DNA of 64,000 nt from Octopus vulgaris (lineage: Eukaryota), in the NCBI GenBank assembly GCA_951406725.2, contig OX597823.1:107942001-108006000 (forward strand). The letters are read 5' to 3'. A program made the translations under genes and the position numbers. Of this stretch, positions 1 through 12,420 are shown one piece after another (positions within the stretch are counted from its first letter, which is position 1; each line of letters begins with the position of its first letter). Below the pieces are notes generated by a model. That model saw only the letters and a list, made by a program, of their open reading frames with translations, made no database searches and was not told the origin of the DNA.

Positions 1-89
1 CTGGCTACTAATCTCAATACACTACAAACTTTACTTTAATAATTTTGTTTAATTTCATTCAACAACTGTTCAGTATACACAACCATGCT

Positions 90-131
90 CCTGTACTTAT
101 ATATATGTATGTATATGTATGTATGTATATG

Positions 132-216
<85 letters not shown>

Positions 217-325
217 GTATATATATATATGTATGTATATATATATGTATGTATATATATATATGTATGTATATATGCATGTATATGTATATATGTATGT
301 ATATATATACATATATATATATATG
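90..325. repeat. (TATG)n/(TA)n compound microsatellite
   Basis: Directly visible; explains the YICM-type ORFs. Confidence 0.95.
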
Positions 326-637
326 TACCGGAGTAAGCACATGAATGTTAAACAAAGGTGGAAAAGAGAGTACTCAAATACCAAAGGTAGAGTAATATGC
401 TTTATTTAAAAACGGCTATAGAAGTATATATGATATGTTTATTTTGTTTATCGCATGCTTAAGACCGTTATTTGAAAGGACCAATGAACCAAATTCATTT
501 TTAAAGGTGTATCCCTTAACTAGTTTTGATCATATCCTTATTTCTGTTCTGTTTTAACAAAATTGTCCGACGAACGGGAACGTGAAACTTTGAGTAACAG
601 CTTTTGTTATATTTCTGCTGCTTTTAAGTAAAGTATA
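326..637. mobile_element. Small Penelope-like (pLTR-type) element with inverted termini and a hammerhead motif, inserted in (TA)n
   Basis: 395-411 ATATGCTTTATTTAAAA is inverted relative to 621-637; shares GTACTCAA..AGAGTAA..TTTATT with the element near 38128; hammerhead at 555-609; TA tracts on both sides. Confidence 0.6.
555..609 (+). ncRNA. Type I minimal hammerhead ribozyme motif (U4C variant)
   Basis: Stem I TAACAAAATTGT/ACAG(C)TTTTGTTA; core CCGACGA; stem II ACG-GGAA-CGT; GAAA; stem III ACT-TTG-AGT; predicted GUA cleavage after 596. Confidence 0.7.
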
Positions 638-647
638 TATATATATA

Positions 648-1025
648 CTAGAACTGGGCGCCACTGCATAGTGCCAAGGACTCCAAATTTGCCAACAAGA
701 TGTAGGACAAGATACTGTGATAGCCTGGGCTTCAGAGGTCCACAGCTCTTCAATATCCTCCCGAAGGACTCGAGAGACCTGTATGGGGTGGATGCAGATG
801 TCTTTAAAATAAAACTGGACCTCTTCCTGTCAGGTGTACCAGATGAACCAACTTCACGGCAGGAGGTGCAGATGAAGGCAGCTGCATCAAACTCTCTTAT
901 GCACCAAATGTCAATTGCTAAAAAGCATTCGTGAAGTAAAATCATGTAGCAACACCGAATGGCGGTGCCCCAGCATGGCCACAGCTCATGATCTGAAACT
1001 AGATAAAATGAAAAAAATGAATGAA
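648..1025 (+). mobile_element. 5'-truncated LINE (CR1/L2-group-like): ORF2 C-terminus, 3'UTR and tail
   Basis: ORF 671-934 GPQLFNILPK..FKIKLDLFLSGVPDEP..AAASNSL resembles invertebrate CR1-group ORF2 ends; 3' end GGCGGTGCCCCAGCATGGCCACAGCTC..GAAACTAG followed by an A-rich tail. Confidence 0.75.
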
Positions 1026-1380
1026 ATATATATATATATATATAAAGAGAGAGTGTGTGTGTGCACATGTGTGTATTTGGTAGCTGCCATGGAAACATCC
1101 GTCACTACTCTGATCTACCTTGACTCACATATTCCGAAATTTGGTATTACAGTGAAGGAGACTAGTTTATGCCGAAGCAATCACATGCGATTAGAACTCA
1201 CTATTCGTATCAAGCACAGAGCAAATACGAAACTGATATTAGCTGCAATTCAACAACCGAACACCACTATTATTACCTACTAACATAGTCAGTTCAATAC
1301 AACTATAAGTGGTGTGTGTTTGTGTTTGTGTGTGTGTTTGCGTGTGTATAAGCGTGTATGTATGTATAAGTATATGTATA

Positions 1381-2162
1381 CGTGGTCTGATCAATACGTA
1401 TTGGGAATGTTGCCATAGTAACAAAGCTAAGACACGCAGAGTAAAACCGCTTGGCACTGATTGAACTTGGCCTCTGGTGCGTACGCGCACTAAGTTTTGA
1501 TGTTCTAGCTCACTTCCGCTGTTTACAGCAGTGCTTGGAAGGAAGGTGTGAAGCATGTGATCGTCGCACTGATCATGAAAGAGAATGTTGAACAGAAAAT
1601 CTTAATCAAATTTTGCCAAAGTCTTGGTGATACCTGATCAGAAGTCTATGCAAAGTTTTCAAAAAGTTTTCATCGTTCTCAATACAACCAAGGAGATCTT
1701 GTGCACCTGAAATCCGAGTGTCTTTTTGGTCAGCTGAAAGCAGTTTTGGCACAAACTTGGCGGACACGCGTCTCATACACAAATCTTCAGTGATAAGGAA
1801 CTGAACTGAACCGTAACTAATCTGCGCATCCTCTGATAACTCACGGATGGTGATTCGACAATTTCCCCTCACAGCTGCATGCACATCTGCGATGTACTCC
1901 TCATGTACTCCTCTCCATGCACTTTCTGCAACTTTACAGCGGCCTCTGAGTAAGTATCGTCATCACAACTGTCCCTGTCATGGCCAATGCGACGATCACA
2001 CGCTACACACCTTCCTTCCAAAATCTGTTGTAAACGGCGGAAGTGAGCCAGAACGCTAAAACTTAGTAGAATTCAAGGACAATCTTTGCCAAGCGGCTTC
2101 AATCTGCGTGCTTTAGCTTCGTTACTATGGCAACAGTCTTGATACTTATTGATCAGACGACG
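1381..2162. mobile_element. Fold-back mariner derivative made of two inverted left ends
   Basis: TA-flanked TIRs CGTGGTCTGATCAATA / TATTGATCAGACGACG; about 200 bp inverted arms; transposase fragments on both strands (MKENVEQK..IKFCQ on +; ITIRELSE..MRRVSAKFVPKLL on -). Confidence 0.85.
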
Positions 2163-2230
2163 TATATGTATATATTATATAAAGATATATAAACGTAAGT
2201 ACATAAATATCTATATATATATACACAAAC

Positions 2231-2397
2231 GCGCAGGAGTGGCTGTGTGATAGGTAGCTTGCTTACCAACCACATGGTTCCGGGTTCATTCCCACTGTGT
2301 GGCGCCTTCGGCAAGTATCTCCTACTATAGACTCGGGCCGACCAAAGCCTTGTGAGTGGATTTCGCAGACGGAAACTGAAAAGCACGTTGTATATAT

Positions 2398-2433
<36 letters not shown>

Positions 2434-2639
2434 ATATGTTTGCTTGTCAGTGTGTTCCCACCCCCAACATCGCTTGACAACCGATAGTGGTGTATTTGCG
2501 TCCCTGTAACCTAGCGGTTCGGCAAAAGAGACCGATAGAATAAGTACTAGGCTTACAAAGAATAAGTCCTGGGGTCGATTTGCTCGACTAAAGGCTGTGT
2601 TCCACCATGGCCGCAGTCAAATGACTGAAACAAGTAAAA

Positions 2640-2640
<1 letters not shown>
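2231..2640 (+). mobile_element. SINE family A (tRNA-derived head, internal microsatellite, LINE-derived tail)
   Basis: A-box TGGCTGTGTGATA and B-box GGTTCATTCC; several copies in the window; tail CCATGGCCGCAGTCAAATGACTGAAACAAGTAAAAG. Confidence 0.9.
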
Positions 2641-2689
<49 letters not shown>

Positions 2690-2850
2690 TCACAAACACA
2701 CACATACAAGCACACATATACATACAGGCATATATACATACATTCATACATACATACATACTTACATACATACATACACACATACATGCACACATGCACA
2801 CATATATGCGAATTCAAACAACTATATGTTCATGACATATACTTATATGA

Positions 2851-2916
2851 TGGCGGTGCCCCAGCATGGCCACAGCTCGTGAGCTGAAACTAGATAAAAT
2901 AAAATAAAAAATAAAT
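2851..2916 (+). mobile_element. Solo LINE 3' terminal tail
   Basis: TGGCGGTGCCCCAGCATGGCCACAGCTCGTGAGCTGAAACTAG plus (ATAAA)n; near-identical to 960-1003. Confidence 0.85.
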
Positions 2917-3210
2917 ATATTTACATATCTCTAGCATTTCGAAATGTTTCTACGTCCATATGGTCCTATATCAATTTATCTGTCTATCTCTCTATGCGTT
3001 TATCAGTCACACATCTGTATATCTGTACATCTCCGTCTTCATAAAACTCTATATTTCCAGCATAGATATATTTATCTGTACATGTCTCTGTGTAGTTTTA
3101 TTTTCATTTGTCTAAATGTCCATCTGTTTCCTTCGTTTTTATATTATTTCTTTACGTTAACATGTCTACATGTTATTATATCAATGATATCTACAAATAT
3201 ATATATATAT

Positions 3211-3343
<133 letters not shown>

Positions 3344-3649
3344 TGTGTATGCATGGATGTATGCATCTATGTACACGCACATATACAAAGTATATGTCTG
3401 AATTAACGTCCCTCTTACCAGTTGAGCTTGACACATAATCCAGTTAGGGCTAACGAAACCGCTAATAAAGGAACAATTTAAAACAAACGGAAGGACGACA
3501 ACAACAACAACAACAACAACTACACCAACTCTAGCAACATCACCAAGAACACCAACAATGATATCAACAACATACTAACACACAGCAACAAATGGTCATA
3601 AATAAATATACTATAACAACAACAACAACTAAATGAATCAAAAACAGAA

Positions 3650-3681
<32 letters not shown>

Positions 3682-3944
3682 TGCAATAACAATGGAAGTC
3701 TTTTTATTCTAGATAAGAAATCTGATTGTTGTGTTTGATTTGTGTTTCTGTTGTTGTTGTTGTTGATGGTGTTGATATTGTTGTTCTTGATTTAGTTACT
3801 GTTGTTAATATTGTTATTTATTTTGAGTTAGTGTTATTTTTGTTGTTGTTCTAGACACTGTTGTTGTGGTGGTGGTAGCATTAGTAATAGCATTAGTAGC
3901 AGTATTTGCCTTTGTTGTTGTGTTGTTGTCGTTGTTGTTGTTGT

Positions 3945-4027
3945 TATTATTTTTATTTTCATCATCATCATTATTATTATTATTTTCATTATCATCATCA
4001 TTATTATTTTCATTATTATTATCATCA

Positions 4028-4058
<31 letters not shown>

Positions 4059-4097
4059 CATCATCATTATTATTATTATTATCATCATCATCATCAT
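3945..4097. repeat. (ATT)n/(ATC)n trinucleotide repeat
   Basis: Directly visible. Confidence 0.95.
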
Positions 4098-4329
4098 TGA
4101 TGATTTGTGGGTGACAGAATCGGTACAGAGTCGAACGTGATGCTTTTCGGTATAAAATTTCATCACTTCCTGTTTCTGAGTTTACATCTCGCAGCAGCCA
4201 GCTTCAATATTTATCATTTCAGGATTGACAAAGTAGCTAACAGTCAAATATCGAATGCTATCTTATCAATTGTACCCGCTACTACAGGTGATGACCTTGA
4301 GCCCGAGATAGCATTTTCGGGGCAGTTGA

Positions 4330-4505
4330 CTGGGAGAATCATGAAAGTGTCCTGCGTTATTTGTTCCAGCTCTTTACGTTTTGAGTTCAAATTCTCCCGA
4401 GGTAAACTTGCCTTTTGTCCTTCTGAAGTCAATAAAACACAAAACCGGCAAAGTACTGCGGTTGATATAATTCACAAATTCATGACTTTATGCTTTTATT
4501 AGAAA
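4330..4505 (+). mobile_element. Degenerate SINE family B copy
   Basis: TTACGTTTTGAGTTCAAATTCTCCCGAGGTAAACTTGCCTTT matches the family B body. Confidence 0.6.
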
Positions 4506-5227
4506 CAATTACTTTCATTTTTCCTGACAATTTAAGGATTGGGGTGTCAGTTAGTACCGCGTAATTAGAGATTTAGTCATTTCACCCAATTGACGTCATT
4601 AAAATACATTGAAATTTCTTTGTCGTCATACCTAGTTTTAAATTCGGTGATGATTATAATATCACTTACTACATCATTCTCATGACCTTTGTTGTACACT
4701 AAAAAATGCAACAATATAATGAAAACAAAGATTCACTAACAACTGCTTCATCATGAAGCTGCGATCATGAAATATTGAGAGACCTAAAAACTTTATGGCT
4801 CCGAATTAACCGCATTGTACGAATGAAGAAAATACAGAATATCATTATTAAATATATTGAACCCAAGATGGTGTTTGACTGAGTCAACCGAGAGAAGGAC
4901 AAAATACTCTGCAGTATATGTTCGAGATCTTTGCACTATGGCTTTTCAGTAGTAACCTTCATCCACCACCTTGTCCTTCGGCGATTTCAGCGGAGTCCAT
5001 TCTGTTGTAAATAACCAGCGCAGGTCACTGCTTTGGCGATAGCTTTATTCTTTCCTCATACAAGTCTTAGAGCTTCCCTAATAGACAAAAGGGTGTAGCG
5101 CTGTCCTTTTCTCTCTGACTAAACAGTGAATATACACACTCGCGCGCATTCATACAACAATGACCGAGACTTGACACACCACTTTGCTCCTTACTGGTAA
5201 TAGGGAGCAAACCGTGTCGGAAGGGCG

Positions 5228-5856
5228 AAACACTGTTAGCACACTGTTAGCGAATGCCCGAAATTGACACAACGTGAATACAAGAGCTGATATGACAATG
5301 TGGTAAGAATGATCCATTGGGTGCTTTGTGGAAATGATGACCAAGAAAGATCAGACTTGGTATGACCAAATCGCAGAAGGAGTTACTGAGAATGGGGATG
5401 GTAAAATCCCGTGGGATGCAATGATTCAGTATGGACATCAGATTCAACACGGAAGCCTTACATTATTGTAGTGAACAGAAAAGATAAAAGATGCCTGATA
5501 ATCGACATAGTATGATCTGGTGACAACAGAATCGAAAAGAAAGATGAAGGAAAAGGGAACAACTACGATGAATTTAAGTGGGAAATACGCAGGTTGTGGC
5601 CAATGGAGAAAGTGAGCATGATATCAACAGTGATCGGTGCACTTGGAAATATCAGTATCCATCTATCAAGATGACTTTAAAAGATTGGAACGAATGTAAA
5701 GACAACACTTACAGAAATCACCATTGCTTTGAACTGTAAGAGAACTCTACAGAGTTCTTGAAGCATGATCAGTAAACAACTGTCATCTTAGTCTGCTGGC
5801 TATGGACTGTAGACATTTTCCATCATAATCAGCAAAATAAAGCTGAGATTTTTCAA
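5228..5856 (+). mobile_element. Decayed R4/Dong-like LINE 3' end (Zn knuckle plus restriction-like endonuclease)
   Basis: Translation with stops and frameshifts: TVSECPKLTQREYK..DNVVRMIHWVLC..WDAMIQ..IIVVNRKDKRCLIIDI..VIGALG; ends in (CAA)n. Confidence 0.75.
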
Positions 5857-5884
5857 ACAACAACAACAACAACAGCAGCAGCAA

Positions 5885-6312
5885 CTGCCCTACTGAAGTA
5901 CCAGGCAGTGGCTTCTAATCTTAACTGATTTGAAGTATTATCATGTGCATGTGTTGTCTTGGTATAAAAGATGGGCTACAGCAAATATTCTGCTCAGTAC
6001 CACAGATTTGCTTGACCGTAACCAGTTGAGCATGTCCTTTGGTGGCTGACGATATGTGCATCTCCGATCATGAGCAGAAGTAGTGGGGGAGCATCATAGT
6101 CATGTGTTGAGAGGAAGTCTTTGAGGTTTGAATAATTCACCTCTGGAAACATGTGTGTTTCGTTCAATATTCTTAAACAACCCTTATTCAGAGACCTTTT
6201 GAGCGGAATGGGACCTTTTTGACCCTTACACATGGACCTTATCAAACGAGTAATCATGAATATTTTACCCCAGCAGTACTGTGATGGCATGCACTGCTCT
6301 CTCGCTCAATAA
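5885..6312. mobile_element. Non-coding interspersed repeat (family D) lying between trinucleotide repeats
   Basis: Clear homology to 15586-16030 (AAAAGATGGGCTACAGCAAATATTCTGCTCA; AATTCACCTCTGGAAACA). Confidence 0.8.
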
Positions 6313-7069
6313 TGATAATGATGATGATGCTGATGATGATGATGATGCTGATGATTAAAGATATGAACGTTGTTTTGAAATTACTATTAATTACAAATTA
6401 AAATTGAAAATCCATATCCTTGTGGTGGTTTTTAGCCTCACAACCTCATTGGCTTTCTGGAATAGCACCGAACATTGGGATCTTTATATAGTTATTTATG
6501 AGTCATTTCCAATTGTTATGAGTTATTTCCTGTTGGTTTTCTCTGAACTCACTTGTACACTGGAACCCTGGCTCATAGGCTTAACAGATATTCGTTGACT
6601 CGAAACTGTCAGCACTGCTTACCTCGTGGTAACTACTTTCAGCTACGCGGGGCTTGGAGATCTAACCATGGACACAACGTAGTGACACTATCAACAGACG
6701 AACCACGAAGTCTTCTTTTCTGCATAAGAGACACTTTTGATGTGTTGTTGTAGCGGTGGTGGTAGTGGTATCGGTTTTGTAATAGTAGTAGTAGTAATAA
6801 TAGCGGTAGTAGTGATGGTAGAAGTGATGTTAGTAGTGAGTGTAATGTAATGGTGTTAGTAGTCTTAGCGGTATTGGTAATAGTTGTAGTGGTTGGGTTC
6901 TAGAGATTGTATTATTGATTGTGTTTATTAAGGCAAGTAGTAGTGGTAATGGCATCATTATCTTTATTACTAGTGATGGTAATGGTAAATGGTCCTAAAG
7001 GAAACACTAATAGTAGCAGTAGAGAGTTCGCTGGTGATAGTGTTGGTGGTAGCGGTGGTAAAACTAATA

Positions 7070-8131
7070 TTGATTTCGAATTTTGGTACAAGATCAGCAA
7101 TTTCAGGAAAAGGGCCAAGTCAATTTCATCGACCCTCAGTATTCAACTGGTACTTATTTTATCGAGGACGAAAAGCAAAGTCTACCTCGGCGGAATTTCA
7201 ACTCAGAACATAAAGCCGGAAGACATACTGCTAGGCATTTTGTCCGGCGCAGTACCGACTTTGCCAGCTCGTCTCTTCAGTGGCAAAGTAAGATTGGTTT
7301 CAAACTTTAGAATAAGGCCATTAGTTTCTGGGAAGGGCTTAAGTCAATTACATTCACCATAGTGCTCAACTGGTACTTATTTAGTTGACCATGAAAAGGA
7401 TGAAAGGCAAAGTCAATCCAACCTTAGCGGAATTTGAACGTAAAGACGGACGAAATGCCGCTAAGCATTTTGCTCGGTGTGCTAACGATTCTTATCTCTT
7501 TATTGCCCTCAAGGGGCCAAACATAAAGAGGGCAAACATGGACAGACAAACGGATTAAGTCGATTATATCGACACCAGTGCGTAACTGGTACATATTTAA
7601 TCGACCCCGAAAGGATGAAAGGTAAAGTCGACCTCGGCCGAATTTGAACTCAGAACGTAATGGCAGACGAAATACCTATTTCTTCACTACCCACAAGGGG
7701 CTAAACAAAGAGAGGACAAACATGGAGATGCAAACGGATTAACTCGATTATATCGACCCCAGTGTGTAACTGGTACATATTTAATCGACTCCGTAAGGAT
7801 GAAAGGTAAAGTCGACTTCGGCCGAATTTGAACTCAGAACGTAATGGCAGACGAAATACCTATTTCTTCACTACCCACAAGGGGCTAAACACAGAGAGGA
7901 CAAACAAGGACAGACAAACGGATTAAGTCGATTATATCGACCCCAGTGTGTAACTGGTACTTACTTTAATCGACCCCCGAAAGGATGAAAGGCAAAGTCG
8001 ACCTCGGCCGAATTTGAACTCAGAACGTAACGACAGACGAAATACGGCTAAGCATTTCGCCCGGCGTGCTAACGCTTCTGCCAGCTCGACGCCTTTAGGG
8101 GTACTAATGATTCCGCTAGCTCGCCACCTTA
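7070..8131 (-). mobile_element. Cluster of SINE family B: two older copies plus a nested 3-unit tandem array (7492-8093)
   Basis: Repeated CGACCCCGAAAGGATGAAAGGCAAAGTCGACCTCGG; units 7492-7676, 7677-7860 and 7861-8093; host head resumes at about 8098. Confidence 0.9.
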
Positions 8132-8153
8132 GTGCTGAACCTAATATTAGTAA

Positions 8154-8534
8154 CTAGCAGTATCGCCCGGCGTTGCTCAGGTTTGTAAAGGAAATAACTA
8201 TAAAGCATTTTTAGAGAGTTATAGCCAAAAAACAGCAAAAAAATGGAAAAAAACATGGTAAATATTTTTGAGAGTAAAAAAAGTTGGAGTTGCGTCCCCT
8301 AGATAGTTTTTGGTTTGTGTTTCTGATTCTCGACCCCATGTCGAATTTATCGATTTTTTCAGAACTGGGGGAACTTTTCAAAATTTTCGCTGCGTTAGTT
8401 TTGAATTATGACATTGGGCTATGTGTGTGTCAAGTTTCATCAGAATCGGTTGAAAGCCGTGGTGAAGGTGAGGGTACAAGCAAACAGACACACAGAAACA
8501 CGCACAGACAAACTGCCGTTTATATAGAGAGAGA
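8154..8534 (-). mobile_element. Non-autonomous Helitron
   Basis: On the - strand: 5' TC, 3' imperfect hairpin CCTGAGCAACGCCGGG shortly before terminal CTAG, inserted between A and T with no TSD; second copy at 55065. Confidence 0.8.
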
Positions 8535-8539
8535 TGATA

Positions 8540-8757
8540 AGGCGGTGAACTGGCAAAATCGTTAACAGGCCGAGCCAAATGCTTGGCGGTACTTCGTCCG
8601 TCTTTACTTTCTGAGTTCAAATGCCGCTGGAGTCGACTTTGTCCTTCATCCTTTCGGTTTCGATAAAATAAGTACCAGTTGAATACTGGGGTTGATACAA
8701 TCGACTTACCCTTGATCCGAAATTGCGTGCCTAGTGCCAAAATTTAAGATCAGTATT
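8540..8757 (+). mobile_element. SINE family B (older tail type)
   Basis: Head GGCGGTGAACTGGCAAAATCGTTA; core GTCGACTTTGTCCTTCATCCTTTCGG; tail GTGCCAAAATTTAA. Confidence 0.85.
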
Positions 8758-9544
8758 AATAATGAGCAGGGTTGGTGGTGTCAGTAGTAGTAATAGTAGT
8801 GGTGGTAGTTAGTGGTATTGGTGTTAGTTGTGGTGACGTTGATAATTGTAGTGGTGGCGGCAGTGGAAGGCATCGGTGGTAGTATTGCCAGTGGTGTTTG
8901 TATGTTGATGGTGGCTCTTGGTATTGTTAGTAGTATTAATGTAAGAAACTGGCGGTAACAGTACAATAGTGGTGCTGTTGGCGTTGATGGTAGTACTGGT
9001 GGTGGTGGTTGTGGTGGTGGTCGTGATGGTAGTGGTAGTGGTTGTAGCGATAGTGAACGTTTGATGTGTGTGTTAGTAGGAGTGTGGTAGAGGGTGACTA
9101 CCGTCAGATACTGTGATTGGTCAACAGAAATACTTTACAGATAATGGCGTTGCATCACCGAAGTCAATTCCTTTTAAAATTGTTGATCTTAGAGATAGAG
9201 AGACAACGTATGTATGTGTGAATGTAAGGGTACACGTGTGCGCATGCGTGCGCGTGTATATCGGTGCGTTTGCGTGTATGCGTGAATACGAATCGTACAT
9301 CGTTATTCAGTTGTATAAATATACGTATATTATACACATACACATATAAACACATGCATACGTACATACACACGCGCGGATATATGCATATACGCACACA
9401 TACACGCAACCCCATCCCCATATCTACTATATACATATAAATGTACATTGTGATTGTAATAATTTTGTATGTATGCATGTGTATATTTACATACATACAT
9501 ATATATATATATATACATGCATACATACATATATACATACATAC

Positions 9545-9577
<33 letters not shown>

Positions 9578-9616
9578 CATACATATATATGCATGTATAT
9601 ATTATATATATATATT

Positions 9617-9651
<35 letters not shown>

Positions 9652-10283
9652 GCGTATATATATATATATATATACGTATATATATATATATATGCATATA
9701 TCTATATATATATATATACACACATATATATGCATATATATAAATATACGTGTTTATGTATGTATACACACACATGTATGTTAAAGATCATCACAATAAT
9801 AATAATGATAATAATAATAATAATAATAATAATCATTCACTGTAAAGATAGTAAAGGTTGGCTGTTAATGATGTTTGCGTTGGTTGGTGTGAGGATGGCG
9901 GTGAGGTGGGGGGGGGGCGTAGAGAAACAAAAAACAAAAAAACCACGAGGATTGTTCCCCTGGGTGAAGGTTTTACATTATATTTGTCTGTAAATTTAGT
10001 CCAGTCCACACAACTAATCATAACTGATGTTTAAGTGGATTTTATTAACAAATAACATATCTCTTGCTTTAACTACTTACATATCTACTATTCCATCTCT
10101 ATGGCCGTTATATACTTCACTTGTATATGTGTGTGTGTTTGTGTGTGGTTGTGTTTACGTCCATGGGTACATATGCGTATACGTAGTGATATCTGTACGT
10201 TTATAGTTTTGTAAAAAATCATATTTCTGTATTTGATATTCTGACTCTCTGTCTGTCTGAACATTAGTATGCAAACACACACA

Positions 10284-10335
<52 letters not shown>

Positions 10336-12071
10336 CTCTCTCCCTCTCTCTCTCTCTCACTGGTTTCCTTTCACACATTTACACATAGACACACAAGACT
10401 CCTGCACATACATACATACATACATACATACATACATACATACATACATACATGCATGCATGCATACGTAAATAACCTTTATCAATAAATAGATATCATT
10501 GTATATCTTTCAATATCTATTTTTCTAAGTCTGATTCTCTGCCTTACTCCCCACTCACATCTCTCTCTCTCTCTCTCGTTTTTTAACAGTCTTCTCACTC
10601 TCTCGCACACACAAGGAAACAAATACAGATTATATATATATAATATCATGTAGTATACCCACCCTCATGCTACTGTTATCCTTCTTCCCACTTTTATTAT
10701 TATCAGTAACAATAATAATGCTTTCTAAGCATGAGATCGTGACCACTAACTTTGCGAATAGACTTCTACATTGTTCTGAGTTCCAAACATGATTGACACC
10801 TATTTTACTTGTCCCAGAAGGATTAAAAGCAAAGCCAACCCTGGTGCGATACGAACCCAGATCCTAAACAGGTGCAATCACAGCACCGTTTTAACGATTC
10901 TACCGTGTATCACTTTAATAATTTCCCATACATCATCCTCCGATATTCCTGTTTCGGGTCTTTTAATATCAGACACCCTCACCCAGGTGATCTAGTCGGG
11001 GTTGATCAACCCATCAACTTGTGTCCAGTTAGCACTAACCCTGGTAACATTGAGCCTTCCAGAGTTCGCACCTCCTGATCTAGAACCAACTTGGGGCAAC
11101 TTTTGCTGTTTCTACAGCCAATCTGAGGGTCGAGGATTTCTAATAGTGCAAGAAGAATTTAGGGAATGCCATCAAGTATATCGGCAGAGCTACACATATT
11201 ACTTGTTAATTCATTACTCCTTGAAAGAAAAATTGCAAAGTCGTCTGCCAGTGGGATTGAAACTCAGAACTCAAAAGGAACTAATTCAATATCTCAGTGT
11301 CTTTAGTCAACCACTGGTGTTAGTCCTTCCATCAGATTTCGACTGAAGTTCACAATTTCGCCATCATTTTCTGTACTGTTTCATTACTGAGGTCAATTTA
11401 TCGTTGACCAAACACGTATACCTATAATAAAGTATGTTCTCTTCTTTCCATATAGATATACACGTATCTATACACGAGAGTCGAGACGACACCCAGGTCA
11501 TTCAAGTTTGTCTCATTTGTAGACCAACATCTGCCTCATTTTTAATTGTTCTTGGTATCTAACCGCTCTCATACCGTCGAAAAGGTCTGTTAAGAAATTA
11601 GCTTTTGTGGCATTTATCTCATCAATACTATATTCCCTCATTTTTAACAATCATTTGTATCTATCTGCTGTCATACATCCAAGAAGACATTCTTGATCAG
11701 TCGTTTTAATGGCTTCTATCCTGTTCCTATACTAAATCTAGTTTATTTCAACTTTGGTTAATGTCTCTTCACTGTTATTCCATCGAGGAGACACGATCGA
11801 AAACCAGATTCGGTAGCGTGTGTCTTATATAGCGTGTGTACTTATATACTATATCGCTTTTATTCTTAATTGTTAGCAAAGAACTACTTGTGGTATTTGT
11901 ACTTGAATTTCACCTCTTTCTATGACAGTTTCAACATATCAAGAGAGTTTCCATATAGTAGCTCGACCTGAAAGAAATAACAGCTGTATTTCTCTCAAGG
12001 CGCAGACTAAATTGAAAAGAAATTATAAAGAAGGGAATAGGGGAGGATTCAGCGGTTGAGGATTGGCGATA

Positions 12072-12091
12072 ACACACACACACACAAAAGT

Positions 12092-12146
<55 letters not shown>

Positions 12147-12147
12147 C

Positions 12148-12208
<61 letters not shown>

Positions 12209-12270
12209 TATATATACATACATACATACATACATATATATATATACATACATACATACATATATATATA

Positions 12271-12316
<46 letters not shown>

Positions 12317-12343
12317 CATACATATATATATACATTCATACAT

Positions 12344-12414
<71 letters not shown>

Positions 12415-12420
12415 AATATA
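12072..12420. repeat. (CA)/(TA)/(TACA)n microsatellite
   Basis: Directly visible. Confidence 0.95.

Noticed and set aside
45-409. Long YI/CV/HT-rich ORFs here and throughout (e.g. 46000-46797, 32262-32876)
   Set aside because: These are translations of stop-free dinucleotide and tetranucleotide microsatellites, not genes
7492-8093. CRISPR-like or satellite array
   Set aside because: Units are contiguous SINE B segments with no unique spacers, in a eukaryotic context
11915-11965. Hammerhead on the - strand (GAAACTGTCATAG)
   Set aside because: No CUGANGA correctly placed after a stem I arm
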